This document shows positions 28,812 to 38,777 of a DNA stretch of 64,000 nucleotides, piece after piece; within the stretch, counting starts at the first letter, position 1, and each line of letters begins with the position of its first letter. The position numbers and the translations under genes were made by a program. The notes beneath the pieces were generated by a model. That model was not told the DNA's origin, did not search any database, and saw only the letters and a list, made by a program, of their open reading frames with translations. This DNA is from Candidatus Omnitrophota bacterium (lineage in GTDB: Bacteria; Omnitrophota; Gorgyraeia; Gygaellales; Profunditerraquicolaceae): assembly GCA_016208765.1 (NCBI GenBank), contig JACQXK010000021.1, forward strand, positions 8,053-72,052, given 5' to 3'.

Positions 28812-30445
28812 CTCTTCACCTCCTCTTTTTCACCCAAATCATATAGATAAACTGAAGAATCTGCACTCTTCAAGAAATCAAGTTTTGATCCGATGCTGTT
28901 TAAATAATATACAAAAAATGATTCGTCCTTAATTCCTGCACGGGGAGGCGGGATGTGAGCAAAAAGTATCCAGAGCCTCTTACTACCGCGTAGCTTGTCA
29001 AGGTCGCTGGTAAACTCATTAAGGTTATCTACTGTGAACTCAAAGAAATCATTTTTATCGCCTGCAAAAGCCCCAACAATATAGTCTTTATCTGTAAAAC
29101 CATATCTATCTGCATAATATTTAAATGCCGGCTTTGAGCCGTAGTGAAGATACAAAATATCACCTTCCTGCCAGTTCTTTCTAACATAGCTCAAAAGAGG
29201 TTTAATTTCCTCCCTGACTATCGGTTTGTTAAGTAAATGATTGGCAGCGGAAATCAATGGATAAGATAATAGTAAACAAATGAATACGGTACCCATTACA
29301 GGTAATTTTCGTGAGGTGCTGTCCCTTATCTCTTCGGTTCCTTCCGCAATAATAAGTATGAATGCTGGTGCAAGAAACAATAAGGTCCTTTCCAGAAAGG
29401 GATACAAATGAAGCCCAGATGCCAATAAGGTAACAACAGCAGGAGCTATAAGAATAAAAAAAATTTCTCTTCTCTCTCTAAAAATTGAGATACAACCCAT
29501 TATAAAAGCAAATGCCGCTATACCGCCGACAGCCATCATTGAAGTATTCTGCGAGATCGTTAATGTTGGTTTTGCAAAGATTGAAAAGAATGTGTCAATA
29601 AACCATGCGATATCAGAAGGTGAAAGTGGCGGGAAAGGCATAAAAGCGCCCTCGTCTTTCCATTGCTCTACTATTGGTGACTTGTTTATGTTACCGATAT
29701 AAATTAGATAATAAGAGATAAAAGCTACTATCCAAAGTAAATAGGCAATTGAAAGATTACGAACTCTCATCCATTCCTTTCTAATTAAAGAGAACAAGAA
29801 AAGGCTTGCACCAATACCTGCTAAGGCAAACGGAGAGGAATGCGAAAACCACACCACTATGCCCCCTATTCCAAAAACAATATAATGAAGCAGCGCCGGT
29901 TTTTTGGACTGAGTATAAGTTGTTAATATTAACAGCAGCAATACAATTGTTATATCACTTGAATAAGAATGAACTTCCGACGAGTAATAAATTAATGAAT
30001 CCGAAACTGCAAACAATGCGAGGGCGATTGGAACGGCTTTGGGCTTGATATAATGCCTGGCAACAAAGCAGAAAAGAAATAAGGAGATTATCCCGCATAT
30101 GAGAGGAAAAAGTCTTAATGCATATTCAGTATTTCCAAATACTGAAACCATTAACTTTTCAACTACAAAAAAACCCAGAGGCGAAGAAGACTTCCAATGT
30201 CCCAAATAATCCGGATCTGTGACAGTAGGATTAAAAATATCTGAAAAGCTACCAAGAATACTCCCTGTAATATTTGCTTCGTCTATCCACAGAGAACGAT
30301 TATACAGATACTGGGCGACTCTAAGGATTATTCCAAAACAAATAATAGTCCATGTAAGCTTATTTGAGCTGAAATAACTATTCTCTTTGTATTTAAATGA
30401 TTTTTCTGATAATTCTCTATTCATATCATATAAAAAATAAAACAA
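28808..30445 (-). CDS. ArnT/PMT-superfamily GT-C membrane glycosyltransferase (GT39/GT83-like).
   Basis: 545 aa. The first loop is LWIDEANITG, matching the D/E motif of the ArnT family. It has about 12 TM helices and a roughly 150-aa soluble C-terminus. It overlaps the GT9 gene by 4 nt. Confidence 0.6.
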   Translation of the reverse strand: MFYFLYDMNRELSEKSFKYKENSYFSSNKLTWTIICFGIILRVAQYLYNRSLWIDEANITGSILGSFSDIFNPTVTDPDYLGHWKSSSPLGFFVVEKLMVSVFGNTEYALRLFPLICGIISLFLFCFVARHYIKPKAVPIALALFAVSDSLIYYSSEVHSYSSDITIVLLLLILTTYTQSKKPALLHYIVFGIGGIVVWFSHSSPFALAGIGASLFLFSLIRKEWMRVRNLSIAYLLWIVAFISYYLIYIGNINKSPIVEQWKDEGAFMPFPPLSPSDIAWFIDTFFSIFAKPTLTISQNTSMMAVGGIAAFAFIMGCISIFRERREIFFILIAPAVVTLLASGLHLYPFLERTLLFLAPAFILIIAEGTEEIRDSTSRKLPVMGTVFICLLLSYPLISAANHLLNKPIVREEIKPLLSYVRKNWQEGDILYLHYGSKPAFKYYADRYGFTDKDYIVGAFAGDKNDFFEFTVDNLNEFTSDLDKLRGSKRLWILFAHIPPPRAGIKDESFFVYYLNSIGSKLDFLKSADSSVYLYDLGEKEEVKR

Positions 30446-30467
30446 GAATGGTTACGATAAATAAATT

Positions 30468-32429
30468 TTAACTCGACGTTGATTTTAGACTTCTAATATT
30501 TGCGCGGGCAAGCTCATCTTCGACCAATTTTAAAAGACGCTGTCTAACTTCGGGATTTTCATTTGAGATATCATTTCTCTCATTAGGGTCGCTTCTCAGG
30601 TTAAAAAGAAGTGCTACTTTATTCTCAAGATAATATATAAGCTTGTAGTCGCCGTCCCAAACGGCTATTGTCCCTTTAGTAATCGGATAGTCGCCGATAG
30701 TACGATTCTTAATCAGTTCCATAGAGAAAATAGGCTTTGGCTCAAGCGTTTTGCCTTCAAGTAAAGGAAATAATGAGCGCCCCTCCATCCATCCCGGTAC
30801 AGGTATACCGGCAAATTCAAGGATGGTTGGAGCTATGTCTGTTTGTTCCACGGGCATATCCGTTGCATGCGTCGTTGCTTTCCATGGCGTCTTTATTATC
30901 AAAGGGACATGAACAAGTGACTCGTAGAGCTCATAATACCCATGCCCTGCAAAGCCGTGCGAAAAACTTTCACCGTGATCCGACGATAAAATAACGATCG
31001 TGTTAGACATATCTACAGTTTTCGAAAGGCGAATAAAAAATTCCTTGAACTGCTGGTCAGAATATAGCACAAACTCATCGTAGCGTCTTCTGAGGTCATC
31101 CACGTCGTTTTGCCTCTGAGGCTGGTAATTGTCATCAATTAATTTACTTTTCAATTGCTTTTCATCTGTATTAAATTTTTCTGAATTTCCAAACGTACCC
31201 AGATAAGGTTTTGGCGGCAAATACAGGGCATGTGGCGGATAAACATGAATATATGCGAAGAATGGCTTTTCGGGTCTGCGGGAAATAGTTTCAAAAAAAC
31301 GATCATAAACAATTTCGGGACGAATTGATGAAGTCAGGATCGGATGGCGAAAAAATCTCGGATTGAATAAGCTGAGCAAAGGATTATTTTCAAAGATCCA
31401 TTCTGCGACTATGTGCCTGCTCGTAAAGAAACCCGCATACTTTTCATACCACAGATTCCGGGTTATCCAGAAAGTATGCGCCCTGTCTTTTGTAGTAAAA
31501 GCGTCTTTAATTCCTAAAGTATCGGGATGTGCATTATGATTTTGCACAAAGCCATAGACAGCATAGCCGTAATCCTTCAGTATCATAGGTAAATTATTCT
31601 GATAATTATTGACCGGGTTGGACTCTGCCCGATACCATACTTTATGTGTCCATGGCATTTGACCGGTCAATAAACTCATCGTTGCGGGGGTAGTCCAATT
31701 GGATGCTGAGTATGTCCGGTTAAAAACAGTGGCGTCCCAGGCCCATTCGGTTATGAATGGTGTTGTTGGACGGTTGTACCCGTATAACTGCATATCCTCC
31801 GCTGTCAATGCATCCATGATTACCAATATTATGTTAGGACGATTTATATAATTAGTGCTATTGACCGATGCAGAATCATCATGAGAAGATTCAACCTGGG
31901 CAGAGCTTTCTCTGATTACTGATAAGGGCACAGCAATAATTAACAATAATACAAATACCCAGAGTAAAGGCGTAATACGGACATTCACTTCCATCAGTAA
32001 CTTTTCATAATTAATGTATTTATGCATCAACCTGATAAAAATCAATGCTAATGCAAGGCCGATTATTAAAGTAAAAAAATGATCCAAACCAACCGCTTCG
32101 CTTAAGGAAATGTTCAGAAAAGTTTTTTTTATGAACAATATAATTACGATAAAAGTGAACCACGTAATTATATGTTCATAACGAATGTCCTGAAAAGGCT
32201 TGGGAAGCCACTTAGACAGTCCATTTCCGCTTAACCAGAAGGTAACCGCAAGGATAATACCGAAGACAGTCCATAATAAATAGGCCAGTGAAAGTTCGGG
32301 CAAAAAATCAATAAAGCGCATATGATAGGAATAGCCATCCCATTTATAAAAAGCATCTCTGACGAATCGGAGAGAGAAAAGAATGAAAAAAAACCTCAGG
32401 GTTATAAGGAGAGTCTTTTTAGCTGTCAA
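30468..32429 (-). CDS. Membrane-anchored sulfatase superfamily protein (LtaS/EptA-like), paralog 2.
   Basis: 653 aa. The N-terminus is near-identical to paralog 1 (MTAKKTLLITLRFFFILFSLRFVRDAFYKWDGYSY). It carries NIILVIMDALTAED and SSDHGESFSHG. Confidence 0.8.
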   Translation of the reverse strand: MTAKKTLLITLRFFFILFSLRFVRDAFYKWDGYSYHMRFIDFLPELSLAYLLWTVFGIILAVTFWLSGNGLSKWLPKPFQDIRYEHIITWFTFIVIILFIKKTFLNISLSEAVGLDHFFTLIIGLALALIFIRLMHKYINYEKLLMEVNVRITPLLWVFVLLLIIAVPLSVIRESSAQVESSHDDSASVNSTNYINRPNIILVIMDALTAEDMQLYGYNRPTTPFITEWAWDATVFNRTYSASNWTTPATMSLLTGQMPWTHKVWYRAESNPVNNYQNNLPMILKDYGYAVYGFVQNHNAHPDTLGIKDAFTTKDRAHTFWITRNLWYEKYAGFFTSRHIVAEWIFENNPLLSLFNPRFFRHPILTSSIRPEIVYDRFFETISRRPEKPFFAYIHVYPPHALYLPPKPYLGTFGNSEKFNTDEKQLKSKLIDDNYQPQRQNDVDDLRRRYDEFVLYSDQQFKEFFIRLSKTVDMSNTIVILSSDHGESFSHGFAGHGYYELYESLVHVPLIIKTPWKATTHATDMPVEQTDIAPTILEFAGIPVPGWMEGRSLFPLLEGKTLEPKPIFSMELIKNRTIGDYPITKGTIAVWDGDYKLIYYLENKVALLFNLRSDPNERNDISNENPEVRQRLLKLVEDELARANIRSLKSTSS

Positions 32430-32650
32430 TCTTTTTTCTTTGTGAATTTATTCTTAATAAAATTAACTATCCGCTTCCAGAAAATGACTACAACGCCAAG
32501 CATTCCATATACAAAAGGGAGCACCGTTGTGAAGAAAAAGCCTCCTGTATTTGGGTCAACATATGCCCAACCACTATAAGGAATAGTTAATAAAACTATT
32601 TCACAGCTTACAAACATCATAAGCAGTTGAAGTTGTTTTGATTTAAACAT
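32426..32650 (-). CDS. Small membrane protein (74 aa), hypothetical.
   Basis: The ribosome-binding site is strong: AAAGGAG sits 7 nt upstream of the ATG (the reverse complement of 32651..32670 is ctcaagaaaggagtaagaat). The protein has an N-terminal hydrophobic segment, YVDPNTGG, a second TM segment and a lysine-rich tail. Its last codons overlap the downstream sulfatase gene by 4 nt. Confidence 0.55.
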   Translation of the reverse strand: MFKSKQLQLLMMFVSCEIVLLTIPYSGWAYVDPNTGGFFFTTVLPFVYGMLGVVVIFWKRIVNFIKNKFTKKKD

Positions 32651-32826
32651 ATTCTTACTCCTTTCTTGAGTTGAATTTGATAACGGTAATAATAAAAAAT
32701 TATACCATAATTAACACATCTTTAATAAATAAATCCAAAAAAGAGACCAGTATTTATCATCGAGTCCATAATTATATGAACACAAATCTTTTTGCCAGTA
32801 GAAATATTTTATTGATAATTCAGAGC
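32651..32826 (-). promoter_or_regulatory. AT-rich 176-bp intergenic region. Likely a promoter or operon boundary for the sub-operon from 32650 down to about 25602.
   Basis: This is the longest clean intergenic gap in the central part of the island. It is very AT-rich and lies directly upstream of a small ORF with a strong ribosome-binding site. Confidence 0.35.
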
Positions 32827-33588
32827 TCAATATTTCAGCTTAGAGCCTTTGATATTAAATATTTTACTTTTTAACAGGTTTAATTTTTGAAGCTTGTATT
32901 GGAGCGAAGTGGCTATGACCCCGACACCATATTTTATGCTACGGGAGAAGTTTATTGAAGAGGCTTCTTCAAAGTATTTTGTAGGACAGGATATCTCGCC
33001 AATAGAAAAATTAAAAAAACTCACCTGTGCAAGCATTTGATTATCAAATACGAAATCATCAGAGTTTTCATTTAGTGGCAGGGTTTCAATTACTTTTCTG
33101 GAAAATGCCCGGTATCCCGTGTGATATTCTGAAAGTTTTTTGTTCAATAATAAGTTCTGAATAAAGGTAAGCACTCTGTTAGATATGTACTTGTATACAG
33201 GCATACCGCCTTTCAATGCACCTTCGGACAAAACTCTTGATCCCAATACGACATCATATTGACCTATCGCCACTAAGGAAGCCATTGCGACCAGAAGCTT
33301 GGGTGTATACTGATAGTCAGGATGTATCATAACGACAACATCCGCGCCAAGTTTTAATGCCTCTGTGTAGCAGGTTTTCTGGTTAGCTCCGTAGCCCTTG
33401 TTCTCGCTGTGTACAAATGTTTTTATGTTCAGTTCCTTAGCTATCTGAACAGTCCTGTCAATACTGTTATCGTCCACTAATATAATATCATCTATGTACT
33501 CAAGAGGTATTTCCTCATAGGTCTTCCTCAATGTTTTCTCTGCATTATAAGCAGGCATGACAACGACTACTTTTTTCCCGTGAATCAT
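32827..33588 (-). CDS. GT2 family glycosyltransferase (Dpm1-like, soluble).
   Basis: [23 protein letters not shown] and GSRV are present. 253 aa. Confidence 0.8.
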   Translation of the reverse strand: MIHGKKVVVVMPAYNAEKTLRKTYEEIPLEYIDDIILVDDNSIDRTVQIAKELNIKTFVHSENKGYGANQKTCYTEALKLGADVVVMIHPDYQYTPKLLVAMASLVAIGQYDVVLGSRVLSEGALKGGMPVYKYISNRVLTFIQNLLLNKKLSEYHTGYRAFSRKVIETLPLNENSDDFVFDNQMLAQVSFFNFSIGEISCPTKYFEEASSINFSRSIKYGVGVIATSLQYKLQKLNLLKSKIFNIKGSKLKY

Positions 33589-33684
33589 ATTGCTTTAGTC
33601 ACTTTCAATTTTTTGAATTTAGGACACTATCAATTTTCTCACTTATTTATTATGTCCATTTCTTATGTTATGTGAGAATCTGTT

Positions 33685-35586
33685 TCAAGCCTTTCGATAA
33701 ATAAAGAAATCACCAAATTGAACTGCCAGATTATAATCTTCCTTTAATATTTTTTGCAGCCTTGGCATTAACAAAAGACTTTTAGACGGATCGTCAGTAT
33801 TGGTATATGGATACATAATGATAAACTTGGGAGACTCCCTGATTATCTCATCAGTATCAGGATCGAGTTGATTGAATGTTAATTTATAGGATAACCACAG
33901 ATAAACATTCCTAAAACTTTCCACGCCTAATATCCCGTATAAAGATGTCCCGTGGGGGAAAACATAAATTCCTGTTCCATTTTTTAAAGAAGGGTCTGCC
34001 TCTATTTTCGGTCGGAACCACCTGACAAGTTTTTCAATCTCATTGACCATTTTGGGGTCTGCGTAAACACCGTCAAGAACAGGAATATCTTTAAATTCTA
34101 CAGATTTTACCAATCCAGTATTTTTTAAAACGGGCATCATCAGTCTTGTCACGGCTGTCTTGTACGGACTTCCTGCATATTCAAAATAAAGAATCGGCGA
34201 AACTGCGATCAATATAACAAATATCTTAGCGCCAATGAAAATGTTTTTCAAAGAATGTAAAGGCTTTTCTTTATCCTTCTGATATATAAAACCTGCAGCA
34301 AGAAGCATGATTGCAACTGTCAGCATTATTGCAAGGAAAGGTATATCTGCTACTTTTGTTCTGCCCGGAGTAGTTGCTCCCTTCAGCTTTACTATATCCG
34401 CAAAATCCGTAAGATACGTTGCAAACCACAGCAAAAATGTTGATAAGGCAATGGCCCCTGTAACTATGCAAAAGTTTGAAAGCCGTTTAGAATCCACCTT
34501 TGAATAATCTGACATTTCCTTGAATTTTGAAAGCATTGAATATAGTAATCCAAGCAATAAGGCAAATAATTCAAATGCAGGCAATGCGCCGCTCTCGCTT
34601 GTCAGATGTCCAAAATAACTCACGGTTATTAAAGAAATAATAGAAAAAATAAGAACGCGCTCTCTGAGAAGTTCTTTTAGACTTAGCCTTAGCACATATA
34701 CAAAGCCTGCAATCAATGTCGCTGCTGTTACATATACTATAAAAACTATCCTTCCCCAATCTCTCAACAGCCATTCTTTCATGGCAGCATTTGGCAATAA
34801 TACGGATAGCCTGTGAAGCATACCAGCGCTCTGGGTTATGTCGGAAAAGAAGCTGCCATTACTTTCAAAGTAAGCAATTAATAACAGTGTAGAAAATATA
34901 GTTGAAAACAGGCAAATGAGAAATACCTTCACCCTGCTGATCAACTTATCATTTTTTTCTGATGATAGAAGCAGCCAGAGTGGCGCAGTAACTGTAAACG
35001 CGGTAAGACCAATATTATGTTTTGAGAAAATAGATGCTGTCATTGACAGACCGGAAAGCGCAGACAAACAGGAGATTTTCACAGAGCTGAATCTATCTTT
35101 ATATCTATAGGCAAAACTGAAAGCGGTCAAGCTTAATATGTAAAACAAAATAGCCGGTTCATCCTTCCAGGGGTGCGCCCTCGGCATACAAAGCGTCATA
35201 GAGCTAATACCGGCAAAGACAAGTGCCGCTATGCTGCCTGTATAAAGTCTCAAAATGTAATAAACCGCAATAGTGCCGATTGCACCTATGACTGCAGAAT
35301 ATAAGGCAACTGCTTTAAATGAAAAACCTCCCAGTAAATAGAAAAAACCCGCCAGGGTATAGAACAGAGTAAAACCTGCCGGTGTATGAAAATCGCGAGA
35401 CGGCACTTGACCTGAGTAAATCCTGTACGCTCCGTCTGCCGGTAACGATATATGGGCTAAATCAATACCGTAAAGAACCCTGTTGTATGTGAATATTACT
35501 TCAAAAATAAGAATGGCAATCAATCCAACAACTTCCCAACTTAATGTCTTATTTTGATATTTTTCAGTTGCACCAGAAAAACTCAT
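33685..35586 (-). CDS. Large polytopic membrane protein (633 aa) with a C-terminal soluble domain. Putative GT-C-like or polymerase-like protein, function unknown.
   Basis: It has at least 12 hydrophobic segments and a roughly 200-aa C-terminal hydrophilic domain. It sits downstream of a soluble GT2. Confidence 0.45.
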   Translation of the reverse strand: MSFSGATEKYQNKTLSWEVVGLIAILIFEVIFTYNRVLYGIDLAHISLPADGAYRIYSGQVPSRDFHTPAGFTLFYTLAGFFYLLGGFSFKAVALYSAVIGAIGTIAVYYILRLYTGSIAALVFAGISSMTLCMPRAHPWKDEPAILFYILSLTAFSFAYRYKDRFSSVKISCLSALSGLSMTASIFSKHNIGLTAFTVTAPLWLLLSSEKNDKLISRVKVFLICLFSTIFSTLLLIAYFESNGSFFSDITQSAGMLHRLSVLLPNAAMKEWLLRDWGRIVFIVYVTAATLIAGFVYVLRLSLKELLRERVLIFSIISLITVSYFGHLTSESGALPAFELFALLLGLLYSMLSKFKEMSDYSKVDSKRLSNFCIVTGAIALSTFLLWFATYLTDFADIVKLKGATTPGRTKVADIPFLAIMLTVAIMLLAAGFIYQKDKEKPLHSLKNIFIGAKIFVILIAVSPILYFEYAGSPYKTAVTRLMMPVLKNTGLVKSVEFKDIPVLDGVYADPKMVNEIEKLVRWFRPKIEADPSLKNGTGIYVFPHGTSLYGILGVESFRNVYLWLSYKLTFNQLDPDTDEIIRESPKFIIMYPYTNTDDPSKSLLLMPRLQKILKEDYNLAVQFGDFFIYRKA

Positions 35587-35675
35587 TATGTCAATTCCTC
35601 CTCAACACAGCTCTCGCGGGATAAAATGAAGAATGCAATCCCTTGATTTGAGAAATTTGTAAGCAATCCAAAGAA

Positions 35676-36347
35676 TCAGTTTTTTATACACACATATAAT
35701 ATGTGTGGATGTAAATATCCCTTATCTATACGGACTGCAGTAACTTTAAATCCTATATGCGCCAGTTCCTCACAAAGCTCATCTTGTCCCTTGAAATAAA
35801 AAGATCTATTTGAGCGGAAACTGCTCCCCGATGTAACCTTGAAGATCTTGACTGACAGTGTCTCCTGAAAGTTATTCCAGCGAAATTTCCAGGAAGGTTC
35901 TTTATCCATTTCCTTAAGAAGAAAAATTCCGCCGTTGCTCAACAGACTATGGCATCTTTCAAAAATTATACGCCATTCTTCAAGAGGCACCAAATATAAG
36001 ACGTCTATTATAGAAATGCAATCAAAGCTCCCGTTGTCCAGACGGTCTGCGGTTCCTGTATAAAATTTCATATTCTTGTTATTCACTACAGTTTTTGCCG
36101 CCTGTGTTATTTTATCTTCTGCGGTATCGCAGGCAACTATAGTTCTTCCGGATGAGGTCAAATGCAGGTAATGCGCAAAACAACCGTATCCGCATCCGAA
36201 GTCAAGAACTACTCCCTTTTTAGGCATAAATTTTTCAATTTCTGAAAAAGGACATGTAAGCAATCTCACAATAACATGCAATTTCACTCGTAATGGGTTC
36301 TGGCGATAGATAACAAGATATTTCCTGAAAAGATCAATATTAAACAT
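35676..36347 (-). CDS. Class I SAM-dependent methyltransferase.
   Basis: VLDFGCGYGCFAHYL motif. 223 aa. It overlaps the upstream GT2 by 8 nt. Confidence 0.75.
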   Translation of the reverse strand: MFNIDLFRKYLVIYRQNPLRVKLHVIVRLLTCPFSEIEKFMPKKGVVLDFGCGYGCFAHYLHLTSSGRTIVACDTAEDKITQAAKTVVNNKNMKFYTGTADRLDNGSFDCISIIDVLYLVPLEEWRIIFERCHSLLSNGGIFLLKEMDKEPSWKFRWNNFQETLSVKIFKVTSGSSFRSNRSFYFKGQDELCEELAHIGFKVTAVRIDKGYLHPHILYVCIKN

Positions 36348-37077
36348 CAGGCCGCTCTATCTTTTTCTTTCCATTCTTCAACTCCCACCACAACCTGATC
36401 AAATCGGTAACTGCTTCCGGTACACGCTTTATAATTGACTTGGTAGGGGAAGGCCTGCCCTCTGCAATTGCCATGGGCAGCTCAATAATATTCAGGCCCT
36501 TTGTCTGACACCGGAGCACCAGCTCAGTGTCAAAGATATGCCTGCTGAATTTTGTTTCTTTAATCAATTGCTGCAGCTTCTCATCATTCCTAAATGCCTT
36601 GACCCCATGTGTATCGCTTACCTTAAGTCTGAAGAAAAAGAAAAGAAACAACCTGAACCCCTGAGAAATAATACGCCTGGGCAAGTGTCTTTCATCTTTT
36701 GAAAGAAGCATATTCTTTGATCCAATTATCACATTGTACTCAAATTCCTTCATCAGGAGAAATGTTTTTCGGAGGAACGAAACGTCCCAGTAATCGAGAT
36801 CATACTGTACTATGTAGTTACCCCGTGCCGCGATCATGCATTCTTTCAAGGCAGCTCCGTAATCCGCCTTTTCAAGGACTATCAACCTGACACTGTTGAA
36901 TTTTCCCATTAGATCCCTGGCAAGCTCCCGGGTTTTATCCGTACTGCCGTTTTCACAAAGAACAATTTCATAATCCAAGACCTTTGCCTTCTCAAGCTCT
37001 GAAGTCAATTGAGTTATATTATTCAGCAGATACTTTTCTTCGTTATGAATTGGGATGACGATAGAAATTTCCGGCAT
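36340..37077 (-). CDS. GT2 family glycosyltransferase (soluble).
   Basis: ISIVIPIHNEEKYL, CENGSTDKT and DLDYWD are present. Confidence 0.75.
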   Translation of the reverse strand: MPEISIVIPIHNEEKYLLNNITQLTSELEKAKVLDYEIVLCENGSTDKTRELARDLMGKFNSVRLIVLEKADYGAALKECMIAARGNYIVQYDLDYWDVSFLRKTFLLMKEFEYNVIIGSKNMLLSKDERHLPRRIISQGFRLFLFFFFRLKVSDTHGVKAFRNDEKLQQLIKETKFSRHIFDTELVLRCQTKGLNIIELPMAIAEGRPSPTKSIIKRVPEAVTDLIRLWWELKNGKKKIERPDV

Positions 37078-37124
37078 GGTTTTTCTTTACTTTCTCCAGG
37101 TAACACATAGGTTATGATTTACTT

Positions 37125-38777
37125 TCATTTCTGTGCTTTAAGAGAATAGATTCTAAGGCCTGACACTTTTCCGCTTAATATATCTTTATATGATATTCCC
37201 CCTGTAATTTCCCTGCACTTGGACATATACTGAGGCATTGCTGCGGCAGAATCGTTCCAGACAAGATAATAGTCAATATCATGTTTGTTCAATTCATTCT
37301 GCAGATCCTCATCGCTGATATTTTTCTTGGCTTGTCCATAATAGTTCACATTCATATCAGAATAAAACAGTATCTTCAGTGTCTCTGAAAATCTATCGTT
37401 TGAAGCGATCTTCTTCCCTGCCATCTCGCTGTACACTCGTAATGTTTTGCCAAATATTCCAAAGGCCTTATCAGCGTTTTGGGTTGCAACAACCTCCTTT
37501 ATAGGCATTAAGACAAATGATAATGCCATGAACGTCATCAATAGATTTCTTCTCGCCCCGATAAAGAATGCATTCTGAAATAATATGTTGAGTATATGTC
37601 CTCCCATTAAAAGAACCAGGATACCGTTCACCCACAGATATCTCACATTGGGAAAGACCAGAAGGTACCCTCCGCAATACAAAAGTACTGTCAGTAGCGG
37701 GTAAAGTCTGTGATCTTTGAACATCTGTAACCTGACGGGCAGAAGATAGAGCAGTATATACCCTGCAATGATAACGCCTGAAAATATCGAGAAATACGTT
37801 TCAAAGATGCCTAAAGTATAATAGACGTTTTTTGCCATAATACCTAACTGATATTTAAGATTTCCCCATGAGTCAAAGGGGCTCCATGGTTTCAGGTATG
37901 GCGTTAATAACGTAAAATCCTCCCAGATGCTTATCGCGGTATCATTAGGTGGGGGGAAAAAACCCTTGTCATAAACCGGATGCCCCATTCGTATATAATT
38001 CCTCCAACCTTCCCATCCATAATATTCATTTATCTTTGGCACCTCCGGTCCCCTGATCCGGTTGTTATAAGCTCCTGATACATCAAATGTAATTGTGTTG
38101 TATTTGCTGCTCAATGCAATCATCCACGGTGCACTAATAATGCAAAACAAAACAAATCCCAGTGCCGCATTCCGTACCACCCTTTTGTCCTTCGTTCTGT
38201 AGTAGTGAAGAATATTCAGCATTATGAAGTGCGAGATAAAGAAAGGGAACATAAAAGACTTGCCAAAATATCCGATTGCGCCTATAACACCGCACAAAAC
38301 TCCCTGGTATGCCCTTCCCGGATAATCGGCCCTGAATATAACAGCTAAATAATATATGACAGCGCATGTTATTAACAGATCTGGTATATGCTCTGTCAAT
38401 GTGAACTGCAATACAACCGGAACAGATGTAAACGAAACCACATTCCTGATATTATCGGTCATTTCAAACCTGTATGATAACAACCTCACCCCTATCAGGG
38501 TAAGCAGTCCTACAAGCAGTTTAACTATACTCAGGGAAGCTATAGCCCCGATGCCCAGCTTCAGGAACGGGATCAACAGCCAGGAGGAAAGGGGCGTAAA
38601 GCCGCCGACAACAGCATTGTGAAGATCACCCCTGATATATTTCTGGGCGATTGTGATGAAAGCGATCGTACCTGTATTTACACCGTAAACATGTATTTCA
38701 TTGTGAATTGTAAAATAGATATTCAAAACCATGTATGCGATTAAAGATAAAATGAAGTATATCTTATTTCTTTTCAT
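37125..38777 (-). CDS. Polytopic membrane protein (550 aa). Putative GT-C-like protein, function unknown.
   Basis: It has many TM helices and a C-terminal hydrophilic domain of about 130 aa. Confidence 0.45.
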   Translation of the reverse strand: MKRNKIYFILSLIAYMVLNIYFTIHNEIHVYGVNTGTIAFITIAQKYIRGDLHNAVVGGFTPLSSWLLIPFLKLGIGAIASLSIVKLLVGLLTLIGVRLLSYRFEMTDNIRNVVSFTSVPVVLQFTLTEHIPDLLITCAVIYYLAVIFRADYPGRAYQGVLCGVIGAIGYFGKSFMFPFFISHFIMLNILHYYRTKDKRVVRNAALGFVLFCIISAPWMIALSSKYNTITFDVSGAYNNRIRGPEVPKINEYYGWEGWRNYIRMGHPVYDKGFFPPPNDTAISIWEDFTLLTPYLKPWSPFDSWGNLKYQLGIMAKNVYYTLGIFETYFSIFSGVIIAGYILLYLLPVRLQMFKDHRLYPLLTVLLYCGGYLLVFPNVRYLWVNGILVLLMGGHILNILFQNAFFIGARRNLLMTFMALSFVLMPIKEVVATQNADKAFGIFGKTLRVYSEMAGKKIASNDRFSETLKILFYSDMNVNYYGQAKKNISDEDLQNELNKHDIDYYLVWNDSAAAMPQYMSKCREITGGISYKDILSGKVSGLRIYSLKAQK

